From positions 251-64,250 of the forward strand of contig CAZALZ010000003.1 in the NCBI GenBank assembly GCA_964486475.1: DNA of 64,000 nucleotides, read 5' to 3'. Shown piece by piece: positions 37,397 to 47,219 of this stretch. The first letter of the stretch is position 1; each line of letters starts with the position of its first letter. Source of the DNA: an uncultured Gammaproteobacteria bacterium. Lineage in GTDB: Bacteria; Patescibacteriota; Patescibacteriia; Patescibacteriales; WJLG01. The notes beneath the pieces were generated by a model. It saw nothing but the letters and a program-made list of their open reading frames with translations. It had not been told where the DNA came from and searched no databases. The translations under genes were made by a program, and so were the position numbers.

Positions 37397-38524
37397 ATGA
37401 GAATTTTATATATAATAACCAAAGCCGTAGTGGGCGGCGCGCAAACTTCTGTCTTAAATTTGGCGCGGGAAATGAAGGCGCGCGGGAATGATGTTATTGT
37501 TGGCGCCGGCGACGGCAGTTGGCTGCCGGCGGAATTGGCGAAAGAAAATATTTCTTTTCATTACTTCAAAAATTTAAAAAGGACACATAATCCGCTATCG
37601 CCGTTTTTTTTTATTACCGAAGTCAGAAGATTTTTAAAAGAAGAAAATTTTGACGTTGTTCATTTCAACAGTTCCAACGCTTTGCCCGGCGCGGTTGGAG
37701 TAAAACTGGCAAACAAAAAAATAAAAACTGTTTTTACTTTTAGGGGGATGTCTATACTGGACGAACATTATAAAATTAATCCGATTTTAAGATTTTTATA
37801 CAGACTTTTTTTTAGATTTTTTCTGTTGTTTGTAGACGAAGCGGTTTTTGTTTCACGGGAGAATTTTGCCAAATTCGGCCGGGGAAGTTTGACAAAGAAG
37901 GGGGCTATGATTCACAACGGTCTTAATCCGGCAAAAATTAATTTCCTTCTTAAGGAGCAAGTTTTGGGTTGCTTTCATGAAAAAACAAACTACGATTTTT
38001 CCGAAAAATATATTGTCGGTTCCATCGGCCGCTTGGATTATGCCAAAAATTATGAATTTTTAATTAATATTTTTCCGGAAGTTTTAAAAATAAAACCGCG
38101 GGCTGTCGCCGTAATAATCGGCGAAGGGCCGGACAGAAAAAAATACGAAATTTTAATTGAAAAAAATAATTTACAAGAAAAAATTTTTTTACTCGGCAAC
38201 ATTGAAAACGGCAGCCGTTATTTAAAGGGTTTTGATGTTTTAGTTTTACCGTCGCGCTATGAAGGCTTGTCGATAACTTTGTTAGAAGCGCTTTTCGCTG
38301 GTTTGCCGGTTCTGGCCAGTGCGGTCGGCGGAAACAGCGAGGCAGTATCTTTGCCAAAAGCGGAAATTTATGAATTGGATAATAAAAAAAATTTTTTAGA
38401 AAAATTTGAGTTTTTGCAAACTCCGGAGATCTTAAAAGAAATAAAAGAAAAAAACAAGAGGTTGATGGAAAAGTTTGGTCTGGAAAATTCCGCGGATGGT
38501 TACGAAAAAATATATAAAAAATAA
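37397..38524 (+). CDS. glycosyltransferase family 4
   Basis: 375 aa. LPSRYEGLSITLLEALFAGLPVLAS (EX7E). Confidence 0.85.
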   Translation: MRILYIITKAVVGGAQTSVLNLAREMKARGNDVIVGAGDGSWLPAELAKENISFHYFKNLKRTHNPLSPFFFITEVRRFLKEENFDVVHFNSSNALPGAVGVKLANKKIKTVFTFRGMSILDEHYKINPILRFLYRLFFRFFLLFVDEAVFVSRENFAKFGRGSLTKKGAMIHNGLNPAKINFLLKEQVLGCFHEKTNYDFSEKYIVGSIGRLDYAKNYEFLINIFPEVLKIKPRAVAVIIGEGPDRKKYEILIEKNNLQEKIFLLGNIENGSRYLKGFDVLVLPSRYEGLSITLLEALFAGLPVLASAVGGNSEAVSLPKAEIYELDNKKNFLEKFEFLQTPEILKEIKEKNKRLMEKFGLENSADGYEKIYKK

Positions 38525-38525
38525 A

Positions 38526-39626
38526 ATGAAAAAGATTTTACATTTTATAACCGGCGCGGAAAGAGGCGGAGGGGCTGAAAAAATGCTTCTTGGCGTTTTG
38601 CCTTTTTTAAGGTCGGCCGAACATGCCGCCTGTGTCTTAAAAGGCCGCGGAGAAATCGGCCGCCAACTGGAAGATGCCGGTGTCAAAGTTTTTTATTTAG
38701 AGATGAAAGGCTTCTTGGATTTCGGAGTTATCGGGAGATACAAGAACGTTCTGCAAAATTTTTTTCCGGACATTCAAGTAAATTATCTTATCCATGCCGA
38801 TGTTTTCGGGCGGATTTTCGCCAAGAAGTTCGGCGTTAAAAGGTTGATTTCATATATTCGCAACCGCCACGTTAAAATCATTTTCAGGCTTTTTGATTTT
38901 TTAACTTTACCAGCCGTTGATTATCTTTTGGCAAATAGCCAGGCGGTTTTAGATTTTTACAGAAGGAAATATAAATTTCCTAAAGAAAAATCATCTTTTA
39001 TAACTAATGGTATTTCTTGGCCGCCGGCCGGTTTTTCCGAATATGAAAAAATCGAGTTTGAAAAAGAATTTTTAATAGATAAAAATGATTTTATTTTGTT
39101 GTCGATAGCTAGGCTGCACAAGCAAAAAGATTTGCCTACGCTTTTGCGGGCGGCCGCGGAAATAAAGAAAAGCGGATTCCGGCCATTTAAGCTATTGTTG
39201 TGCGGCGCCGGCAAGGAAAGAAAAAAACTGGAAAAATTGGCTGAAAAGCTGGGGTTATCGGCAAATATAATTTTTGCCGGAGTTAAAAAAAATATCTCCC
39301 TTGTTTTAAATATCGCGGATGTTTTTATTCTGCCTTCCCTGCACGAAGGCATGAGCAATGCTTTGTTGGAAGCCATGGCCGCCGGGAAGCCTTGCGTGGT
39401 TTCGGCGATCCCAGAGAATCTCGAACTTATAAAAAATGAAAAAAACGGCCTGTGCTTTCGTCCGAGGAATTTTTTAGATTTGGCGCAAAAAATAAAAATT
39501 ATAGCCGCTACACCTTCTTTGGCCGCGACCTTGGGAGAAAAAGCCAGAGAGGATGTTGCGGACTATGATTTGAAAAAAATAATAAAAAAACTCGATGATT
39601 TTTTTCAGAATATTTTCAGTGAATAA
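38526..39626 (+). CDS. glycosyltransferase family 4
   Basis: 366 aa from the ATG at 38526. LPSLHEGMSNALLEAMAAGKPCVVS. Confidence 0.85.
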   Translation: MKKILHFITGAERGGGAEKMLLGVLPFLRSAEHAACVLKGRGEIGRQLEDAGVKVFYLEMKGFLDFGVIGRYKNVLQNFFPDIQVNYLIHADVFGRIFAKKFGVKRLISYIRNRHVKIIFRLFDFLTLPAVDYLLANSQAVLDFYRRKYKFPKEKSSFITNGISWPPAGFSEYEKIEFEKEFLIDKNDFILLSIARLHKQKDLPTLLRAAAEIKKSGFRPFKLLLCGAGKERKKLEKLAEKLGLSANIIFAGVKKNISLVLNIADVFILPSLHEGMSNALLEAMAAGKPCVVSAIPENLELIKNEKNGLCFRPRNFLDLAQKIKIIAATPSLAATLGEKAREDVADYDLKKIIKKLDDFFQNIFSE

Positions 39627-39629
39627 AAA

Positions 39630-40601
39630 TTAATCAGTTTGTTCTAATAGAAGGAGGACATCTCGAAAAGCGGCGCCGTCGCCGATTTTTAAAACTGAAT
39701 CGAATCGGCGGTTTTTTTTAATAAAAATTTCGCCCCTAACCTCAGAGCCGGCATTTTGATTGGAGCCGGTTATAAATAAGCCGTTTTCTTCCAGTGAAGA
39801 TAGAATATTACCGGCTATTTTTTTTAATTCCGTTTTATCAAAATAAGAAGGATTTAAAATATTCATCGCTCTGATTATTTCGAATTTTCCGAAGCTTTTT
39901 TTGAAAATATCGTATTCAATAAAATGAAAATTATTTTTTAATTTTTCCGTTGTTCGGACATCTCCGCTTATCAAGGCTATTTTTTCTCTTTTTTTCGGAT
40001 TGATTTTGAAAAAGATTTTTTGCCAAAAAGGGTTGAGAAAGATTAAGATAAGCAGAAAATTTATCGGATAAAGAAAAATTTTTTTTATTTTGTAAGCCAA
40101 AGCCCGTTTGGAAGAATAGCGATTTAGGACAAACGGCGGAAAAACGAATTGCAGAATGTGGCCGCTTAAATCTTTAATTATTTTTTTCTTGCCGTTTTTT
40201 TTGTCGGCGAATATTTCCACAAAAATATTTTTATCAGAAGCATAAAAATCAAGAGCGGGAAAAATATCCCCCAGTTTATTGAAAAAGTCCAAAGCGGTTC
40301 GGCCGTCCGAGACCGCCAAATCATGAACACGGCAGATTTTTTCCGCTGAAAAATTATTTTTTAAATAAGCCAAAACTTTTTTGTCAAAATTTTCAAATCT
40401 TTCCTGATGCGTTTTTTTGTAGGAACCGTCGGCGAAAGAAAAATTTTCCAATATCAATTCTTGAGCGCGCGCGGCTTTTTCTTTTTTTATGGCACCGGCT
40501 TCTTTATATAAATAAATTGATACCGCTTGATTTTTTAGCTCTTCTTTCTTGTCTATTTTTAAAATTAATTGGCTAATATTAAATATTCCTTTTTGAAACA
40601 T
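39630..40601 (-). CDS. hypothetical protein, possible SAM-dependent methyltransferase (CheR-like)
   Basis: 323 aa. VHDLAVSDGRTALDF and FEIIRAMNILNPSYF resemble MTase motifs I and post-I/IV. This is the only minus-strand gene inside the GT block. Confidence 0.4.
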   Translation of the reverse strand: MFQKGIFNISQLILKIDKKEELKNQAVSIYLYKEAGAIKKEKAARAQELILENFSFADGSYKKTHQERFENFDKKVLAYLKNNFSAEKICRVHDLAVSDGRTALDFFNKLGDIFPALDFYASDKNIFVEIFADKKNGKKKIIKDLSGHILQFVFPPFVLNRYSSKRALAYKIKKIFLYPINFLLILIFLNPFWQKIFFKINPKKREKIALISGDVRTTEKLKNNFHFIEYDIFKKSFGKFEIIRAMNILNPSYFDKTELKKIAGNILSSLEENGLFITGSNQNAGSEVRGEIFIKKNRRFDSVLKIGDGAAFRDVLLLLEQTD

Positions 40602-40612
40602 AAGTCTTTTAT

Positions 40613-40648
40613 TTTTATATGTTTTATGATAACATAAAACATATAAAA
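40613..40648. promoter_or_regulatory. 16-bp perfect palindrome in a divergent promoter region (candidate operator)
   Basis: TTTTATATGTTTTATG-ATAA-CATAAAACATATAAAA, located between the start codons at 40601 (-) and 40665 (+). Confidence 0.5.
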
Positions 40649-40664
40649 GTACTAATATTAAAGA

Positions 40665-41777
40665 ATGACAATGGAAAAACCAAAAAAAATTTGCTTTGTT
40701 TCCTTGTTCGCTTTCGGAGTTTTTAATCCGAAAGCCGATTTAAAATTCGGCGGTTCGGAAGTGCAAATGTATTTTTTGGCCAAAGAGCTCGCCAAAGATT
40801 CCAATTTTAAAATTGATTTTATTGTTTTGGATGTCGGTCAGCAAAAAAAAGAGAAATACGGCGGCGTAAAAGTTGTAAAAGCTTATCGGCGCGGCGGCGG
40901 TTTTATCAATGCCGTTGCCGGTTTTTTAAAATTAATGGCGGTTTTAAAAAAATCAAATCCGGATATTATTGTTTGCCGAGCCTTCGGCCGCGAGGTCGGG
41001 GTAAGCGCTTTGTATGCTAAAATTTTTAGGAAAAAATTAATCTATTCTTTTGCTCACGATAAAGACATTTTTGGCGATTTTTTTAAAGGATTTTCCGGTC
41101 AGATATTCAAATTCGGGTTTTTATCGGCTGATTATTATGTTGCCCAATCAGAATATCAATTGAATGAATTTAAAAAAAGATTTAAAAATAAAACTGGCAA
41201 GATAGTCGTCATTAAAAACAGCTGGCCGGAAGAAAGTTTTGTTTTTAAAGAAAGAAAATTTATTTTGTGGGTGGGAAGCTCTTCTGTTTTGAAGCGGCCG
41301 GAAATTTTTCTGCGTTTGGCGGGAGATTTTCCTGAAGAAAATTTCGTAATGATAATGACCGAGAGCAAAATGAACAAAAAGGCTTGGGAAGAAATTTCGG
41401 TCGAGAGCAGGAAGCTTGGCAATCTTTGTCTTTTGAAAAAAGTTTCTTTTGATAAAATCGGCCGCTATTTTTCCCAAGCCAGAATTTTAGTCAGCACTTC
41501 GTCATCGGAAGGCTTTCCTAATGTTTTTTTGCAGGCCGGAGCCGCCAAAACGCCGATTTTAAGCTTGAAGGTCAACCCTGACGGATTTATTGAAAAAGAA
41601 AAATGCGGCGCGGTTTGTCATGACAATTATGAAGAATTAAAGGCCGGTTTAAAAAAGCTTTTGCGCGAAAAAGAATTTTATAATCAAGCCGCAACAAATT
41701 GCTTTAATTATTTTAAGTCTGAGCATAATTTGGAAAAAAATATTATAACCTGGAAAAAAATATTTGAAGAATTGTAA
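40665..41777 (+). CDS. glycosyltransferase family 4
   Basis: 370 aa. STSSSEGFPNVFLQAGAAKTPIL. Confidence 0.8.
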   Translation: MTMEKPKKICFVSLFAFGVFNPKADLKFGGSEVQMYFLAKELAKDSNFKIDFIVLDVGQQKKEKYGGVKVVKAYRRGGGFINAVAGFLKLMAVLKKSNPDIIVCRAFGREVGVSALYAKIFRKKLIYSFAHDKDIFGDFFKGFSGQIFKFGFLSADYYVAQSEYQLNEFKKRFKNKTGKIVVIKNSWPEESFVFKERKFILWVGSSSVLKRPEIFLRLAGDFPEENFVMIMTESKMNKKAWEEISVESRKLGNLCLLKKVSFDKIGRYFSQARILVSTSSSEGFPNVFLQAGAAKTPILSLKVNPDGFIEKEKCGAVCHDNYEELKAGLKKLLREKEFYNQAATNCFNYFKSEHNLEKNIITWKKIFEEL

Positions 41778-41781
41778 TTTT

Positions 41782-43986
41782 ATGAAAGTTTTATACATCA
41801 AAAGAACTTTTTCCGACGCGTCTCACCGGGCCAAAGTCAGAAAAATAAAAAATATTTTTTTAAGAAAAATTATTTTGAAGATTTTTTTTCTTTTGAGCGA
41901 GGCCAAAAGATTTTTGTTTTTTTCCGGCGTGGACGGATTTTTTGAAGCTGCTTTGCATAATTCCCTGAAAGTGAAAGATGTAAGTTATGATTTCTTCCGA
42001 AAAATGAAAAATAAGGACGAGTATGAAATTTTAGTCGTCAATTATCAGGCCCAGGGAAATAACGAAGCTGAGCGCGACAATTTTTTAAAAGAAATAGCCG
42101 AAAATTTTTCCGGCCCCAAAGTCTTATTTATTGATCCGGATTTGTCCGAAATAATGCCGGGCGATGATGTTTTGGATAAATACGATTTGATTTTCAAGCG
42201 CGAACCATTTAAGGATTTGAATCGCTATAATATTTCCGAGGAAAATAAGCGGAAAATCCGGCCGACTGTTTTATCTTGCGATTTATTCAGAGTGCCGAAA
42301 ATAAAATTGCCTTTTTTCAAAACGGCCAAGGAAAAATTTGAAAATTTATCGTTGGCCTATGAGAATGATGTTTTTTTTCTGGGCAGAATCGCCGAGAGAA
42401 ATAATTTAAGGGAAAAAGTTTGGGAAAGGCTGCGAAAAGAAAATTTTAAGCTGGCCGGAGGTTTGATAGAAAAAATCAAAACAATTCCGGAAAATTTAAA
42501 AGGGAAAAATCTTTCCCAGCCGGATTTTTTAAAAACCATAAAAAAATCCAAAATAAATTTGGCGGTTGAGGGAATCGGACAATTCACTTTCCGTCATTTG
42601 GAAATTTGGGCCATGGGCGGCTTTATGCTTTCATCACCGTCTCTACGGGAAATTTTAACTCCTTTGGGCGCAAAAGAGGGCGTTCATTACGCGGTTTTTG
42701 AAGATTTGGATGATATGGTTAAAAAGATAAAATATTATTTGGAGCACGAAGAGGAGCGCGAAAAAATCGCCCGCGCCGGGCAGGAAATGTTTAAGCGCGA
42801 TTATGACGCGCGCCAACACGGAGATTATATTAAAAATACTTTTGCCGGCTTGCTTGGCGCGAAAAATAAAAAAATCGCCATAATCACCAAAAGATTCCAT
42901 ACCAATCTTTATTATCGGGTTAAAGCTTTGCAGGCTGCCGGTTTTCGGATAAGCTTGATAGTCTGGGGCCGGGAACAGTCGGAGTGCCATGATATTATCA
43001 AGCCTTTCGAGATTGGATTTTCCCCATTCTCCAAAAGTTTAAATAAATTAATTGAGAAAATTCCCAATAAAAAAATCGTTAATTTTTTAAAGCACAACCT
43101 GCCGTTCGTTGATTTGGAGGAAATTATAAATTACAAAGTTTTATGGAAAAAGCTTAAAGAGGAAAAGCCGGGTGTGGCGTTAGTCAGGGCTTACCCCGGG
43201 CTGACTTTTTTTATAATGGCGCTTTTTGCCAAAATTTTTTCCAAAAAAGTTTTTCTTTTCGCCCAGTTGAACAAGCATTACGGCGAAACAACCAGAAAAA
43301 AGATTTATCTTTTCTTTCTGAAAAATATATTGCGCGTCAAAGGAATAATAACTCCGCTGGAAAATATTTTGGCCGAGAAAGATCCATTTTTTATTTATGT
43401 TCCTTTCGCGATTGAAGCGCCGGATTTCGCCAAGGAGCATTTTCGTTCCGGCCGGATAAATATTTTAAGCATCGGAAAATTCGTCCGGCGCAAAGATCAG
43501 CTTTTGCTGCTGGAGGTTGTTAATGAATTGAAAAACAGCTATAATTTATCTCTGACTTTAATCGGCGAAGAAAGAGAAGCGGATCTTTTTCAGGAAATAA
43601 AAGATTATATAAAAAATAATAATTTGGAAAAAATCGTTGATATCAGGACTAATTTGCCGTATAAGGAAACTTTGGCCGCTTACAAGGATTTTGATTTGTT
43701 TGTTTTGCCGAGCCACAGCGAACCGGCCGCTTATTCGCCTTTGGAAGCCATGGCCAACAAATTGCCGGTTGTAGTGTCTGACACTTGCGGCACAAAATGC
43801 TATATTAAAGAAGGCGAGAACGGCTATATTTTCAAGAGCCGCGATAAAGAGGATTTGAAAAACAAGATAGAGTTGATTATAAAAGACAGGGAAAATTTAA
43901 TCAAGCTGGGGGAGAGAAGTTTTGTTTTGGCGAAACAGAAATATTCTTTGGAATTTTTTTCTGAAAAATTGAATAAAATTATCTAA
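41782..43986 (+). CDS. bifunctional glycosyltransferase (N-terminal CgeB-like domain + C-terminal GT4 domain)
   Basis: 734 aa from the ATG at 41782. N-half LEIWAMGGFMLS...ARAGQEMFKRDY. C-half LPSHSEPAAYSPLEAMANKLPVVVSD. Confidence 0.7.
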   Translation: MKVLYIKRTFSDASHRAKVRKIKNIFLRKIILKIFFLLSEAKRFLFFSGVDGFFEAALHNSLKVKDVSYDFFRKMKNKDEYEILVVNYQAQGNNEAERDNFLKEIAENFSGPKVLFIDPDLSEIMPGDDVLDKYDLIFKREPFKDLNRYNISEENKRKIRPTVLSCDLFRVPKIKLPFFKTAKEKFENLSLAYENDVFFLGRIAERNNLREKVWERLRKENFKLAGGLIEKIKTIPENLKGKNLSQPDFLKTIKKSKINLAVEGIGQFTFRHLEIWAMGGFMLSSPSLREILTPLGAKEGVHYAVFEDLDDMVKKIKYYLEHEEEREKIARAGQEMFKRDYDARQHGDYIKNTFAGLLGAKNKKIAIITKRFHTNLYYRVKALQAAGFRISLIVWGREQSECHDIIKPFEIGFSPFSKSLNKLIEKIPNKKIVNFLKHNLPFVDLEEIINYKVLWKKLKEEKPGVALVRAYPGLTFFIMALFAKIFSKKVFLFAQLNKHYGETTRKKIYLFFLKNILRVKGIITPLENILAEKDPFFIYVPFAIEAPDFAKEHFRSGRINILSIGKFVRRKDQLLLLEVVNELKNSYNLSLTLIGEEREADLFQEIKDYIKNNNLEKIVDIRTNLPYKETLAAYKDFDLFVLPSHSEPAAYSPLEAMANKLPVVVSDTCGTKCYIKEGENGYIFKSRDKEDLKNKIELIIKDRENLIKLGERSFVLAKQKYSLEFFSEKLNKII

Positions 43987-44021
43987 TAATTATAGAATTA
44001 ATTATTCTAAAAAAATTAATT

Positions 44022-44627
44022 ATGAGAGAAGAACATTTAGAATGGCTGATAAAAAATTTTTTGGAAGGTGAATATAATTCAATTCTTGATGTTGGTTGTG
44101 ATAAAAATTATCTTCGGGAAATATTAAAACCACAGCGTTATGTCGGTGTAGATATTTCGGAAAAAGCTGATTTTAAATTGGATTTAGATAAAGTAGAAAA
44201 ATTGCCTTTTTCCGACGGAGAATTTGATTTAGTTTTTAGCTCTAATCTCGTTGAGCATTTAGAGAACATTCATTTGATAGTGGACGAAATTATTAGAACG
44301 GGGAAACTTTCCGTTATCACAACACCTCCCTTAAACAGCTGGGATATTATTATGGTGTTATTTTTTAAAAAAAGAAATAAAAATATAGACAGAAAGCATT
44401 TTGGCAAATATTATAAATTTTACGGACTGCCCTTAGAGAAACCGTCAGATCGTCATCGTTGGTTGTTTTTTTATGATGAGCTCGTAGATTTCATTAAATA
44501 TCGGGCGGGAAAACAAGGAAAAAAAGTTGAAGTTTTTGAGAGATATTCCAGTAAGAAAAGAGAGCTTGCCGCTAAAATTTTTGGGAAAAATTTTTTTGTT
44601 AATGAAGTTATTTTCAAGATAAGTTAA
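44022..44627 (+). CDS. class I SAM-dependent methyltransferase
   Basis: 201 aa. ILDVGCDKNYL, FDLVFSSNLVEHL. Confidence 0.75.
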   Translation: MREEHLEWLIKNFLEGEYNSILDVGCDKNYLREILKPQRYVGVDISEKADFKLDLDKVEKLPFSDGEFDLVFSSNLVEHLENIHLIVDEIIRTGKLSVITTPPLNSWDIIMVLFFKKRNKNIDRKHFGKYYKFYGLPLEKPSDRHRWLFFYDELVDFIKYRAGKQGKKVEVFERYSSKKRELAAKIFGKNFFVNEVIFKIS

Positions 44628-44634
44628 ATAATTT

Positions 44635-45312
44635 ATGAAAGATAAAATATTAAAAATAATAAAAGAGCAAGAATTTTTAAGAAAAAAGTTTTTATCAACT
44701 GCTATTTTTTTGAATAATTTTTCTTATTCTTTGATAAAGATTTTTGTAGCTCCGAAAAACGGCCTTCATCCCAAGCATTCCATTATGAATTATCACAAAT
44801 TTTTCATTGATAATATAAATTCCGGCGATACGGTTTTGGATATCGGCTGCGGCAACGGCGCGGTCGCTTATGATTTGGCCGCCAAGGCCGGCCGCGTAAT
44901 CGGAATTGAAATTAAAGAAAAAAATATCAAAGCGGCCAAGGAAAAATTTTTCCGTCCGAACCTTGAATTCGTCGCCGGCGATTGCTTGAATTTCGATTTT
45001 TCAAAATTAAATATAGAAAAATTTGATGCTATCGTTATGTCTAATGTTTTGGAACATCTTAATGAAAGAATTGAATTTTTAAAAAAATTGCACAAATTAT
45101 CAGATAAAATACTTTTACGCGTGCCCTTGATTACGCGTGATTGGCTCTCGGTCTATAAAAAAGAAAACGGCTATAAATATAAATTAAGCGCCGAACATTT
45201 TATTGAATATACGGAAGAAATTTTAACGGAAGAACTGCATCAAGCCGGCTGGGAAATTGAAAAATATTCCGTCAAATTCGGCGAAGTTTGGGCGGTCATT
45301 AAAAAAATATGA
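44635..45312 (+). CDS. class I SAM-dependent methyltransferase
   Basis: 225 aa. VLDIGCGNGAVAYDLA, FDAIVMSNVLEHL. Confidence 0.85.
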   Translation: MKDKILKIIKEQEFLRKKFLSTAIFLNNFSYSLIKIFVAPKNGLHPKHSIMNYHKFFIDNINSGDTVLDIGCGNGAVAYDLAAKAGRVIGIEIKEKNIKAAKEKFFRPNLEFVAGDCLNFDFSKLNIEKFDAIVMSNVLEHLNERIEFLKKLHKLSDKILLRVPLITRDWLSVYKKENGYKYKLSAEHFIEYTEEILTEELHQAGWEIEKYSVKFGEVWAVIKKI

Positions 45313-46421
45313 ATGATAAAATAAAGATAGTATTTAACACAAGAACTCCAAGCTATATGGGAACGAGGCGATTGTTTTTTGATAATATTGCCGAAGATTT
45401 AAAGAATAAGGGGTGTTATGTTAAAAAGGATGTCTATGATGACTATGATAAATTTGACGTCGTTATAGTTAAGGCTGCTGATTTTGAGATAAAAAATATT
45501 AGAAAACAAAATAAAAACGTTTTAATAGGCTTGATCCATCCTTCTGATTCTTCTAAGCAGTTTCAACTGGAAACGGAGAGCGCTGATTTTATTATTTCCG
45601 GGTCGGTTGCTGAAAAAGATTATTATTTAAAATATAATCCTAATATAATAATTTTTCCTCACATTGAAAAATACAAAATGATGAGGAAAGAGCATAAAAA
45701 TAAAGAAGAAATAATAATCGGTTATGAAGGAAACAAAATGCATTTGGAAGAACTTTGTCCGAGAATCACCAGCGCTTTGGAAAAATTATCACGAGAATTT
45801 AATATAAGATTTAAAGCTATATATAATATAGAAAAACTGGGTTTATGGGAGAAAGGCCGGCCGGATATAAAAATAGATGATGTGCAGTGGAAAGAAGAGA
45901 CCCAGCTGGCGGAATGCAATGAGTGTGATATAGGAATATCAAATTTTTTTATAAATATCCCTCAAAATAAAAAAAGACAAATTCTGAAGCAAGGCGGGTT
46001 TAATAATGATTATATATTAAGATTTAAAAACACCGCCAATGCTGGTCGGGCTTTTATTTTTATTCAGGCCGGAGTGCCGGTGGTAGCTGATATGACTCCG
46101 GAGCATTGCCAAATTTTATTTCATGGAATCAATGGTTTTTTGGCCAATAGCACGGAAGCTTGGTATGAATATTTAAAATTATTAATAATAGACCAAAATT
46201 TAAGACAAGAAGTTTCCGATAATGCTCAGATTTTTTTAAAAAAATATTACGATAGGGATGTTTGCGTTGACAGGCTCTTGGAAGGAGTTAATGTTCTGTT
46301 AAAACGGAAAAGAAATGGTAAAATTATTCATAACAGAGAAAAATTCGGAGCAACAGCCGGAAAAATTTTTTATTTTTCTGAACGTTTAAAAAGTAAATTA
46401 AAAAGAATAATCAAAAAATAA
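45309..46421 (+). CDS. putative glycosyltransferase
   Basis: 370 aa with two Rossmann-like halves. The C-terminus GRAFIFIQAGVPVVADMTPEH...GINGFLA resembles the GT-B donor-binding region. Confidence 0.5.
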   Translation: MNDKIKIVFNTRTPSYMGTRRLFFDNIAEDLKNKGCYVKKDVYDDYDKFDVVIVKAADFEIKNIRKQNKNVLIGLIHPSDSSKQFQLETESADFIISGSVAEKDYYLKYNPNIIIFPHIEKYKMMRKEHKNKEEIIIGYEGNKMHLEELCPRITSALEKLSREFNIRFKAIYNIEKLGLWEKGRPDIKIDDVQWKEETQLAECNECDIGISNFFINIPQNKKRQILKQGGFNNDYILRFKNTANAGRAFIFIQAGVPVVADMTPEHCQILFHGINGFLANSTEAWYEYLKLLIIDQNLRQEVSDNAQIFLKKYYDRDVCVDRLLEGVNVLLKRKRNGKIIHNREKFGATAGKIFYFSERLKSKLKRIIKK

Positions 46422-46423
46422 AT

Positions 46424-47215
46424 ATGATAAAAAAAGAAGTAGCTGAATCTATTGAGCAAAGACTGTCTCCGGACAGTTTGGTTTTGGATGTCGGCGGAGG
46501 GCGCCATCCTTGGCATAGAGCCAATTATATTATTGATAAAAGGAAATACTCAGAGAAAATAGGAACAGCGGTTTTTACAAACGATAAAGATAAAAAAATA
46601 TATTTTTCCGAAGATACTTGGGTCAGCCGGGATTTTTATGATCTTCCTTGGCCCTTTGAAGATAAAAAGTTTGATTTTGTCGTTTGTTTAAACACCCTGG
46701 AGGATTTAAGAGATCCTTTGATTTTATGCCGGGAAATCCAAAGAGTCGGCAAAGCAGGTTTGATTTCTGTCCCGACCAGAGCCGCTGAAAGCTCTTTCGG
46801 AATAAGCGGAAAAAGTAAAATATATGGATACATGCATCACAGGTGGTTTATTGAGCATGGAAATGGCGATTTGATTTTTAAAATAAAAAGCCCGGTTATT
46901 TTTAATGACAGAAGTTTAGCTGTAAAAAATCCGGGGCAAAGAAGTTTGTATTATTTTTGGGACGATAATTTTAATTATAGAGAAGAATATTTGGGGACGG
47001 ATGATAATTATAAAAAAGACGCAAAGATTTTTTTAGAAAAACACAGACAATGGTTAAAAGAATTCAAAAATCATGGCGCTGAAGATGCATTATATAATCG
47101 CTGGCCTGACAGCTGGGGAAATAAACCGGATTTTAGAAATTTTGCCGAATTTGATTATAAATATAATTTTTTAAAAATTTTTTTAAAAAACATAAAAAAT
47201 AAATTAAATTTTTAA
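46424..47215 (+). CDS. SAM-dependent methyltransferase domain protein
   Basis: 263 aa. LVLDVGGGRHPW, FDFVVCLNTLEDLRDP. Confidence 0.7.
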   Translation: MIKKEVAESIEQRLSPDSLVLDVGGGRHPWHRANYIIDKRKYSEKIGTAVFTNDKDKKIYFSEDTWVSRDFYDLPWPFEDKKFDFVVCLNTLEDLRDPLILCREIQRVGKAGLISVPTRAAESSFGISGKSKIYGYMHHRWFIEHGNGDLIFKIKSPVIFNDRSLAVKNPGQRSLYYFWDDNFNYREEYLGTDDNYKKDAKIFLEKHRQWLKEFKNHGAEDALYNRWPDSWGNKPDFRNFAEFDYKYNFLKIFLKNIKNKLNF

Positions 47216-47219
47216 TATC

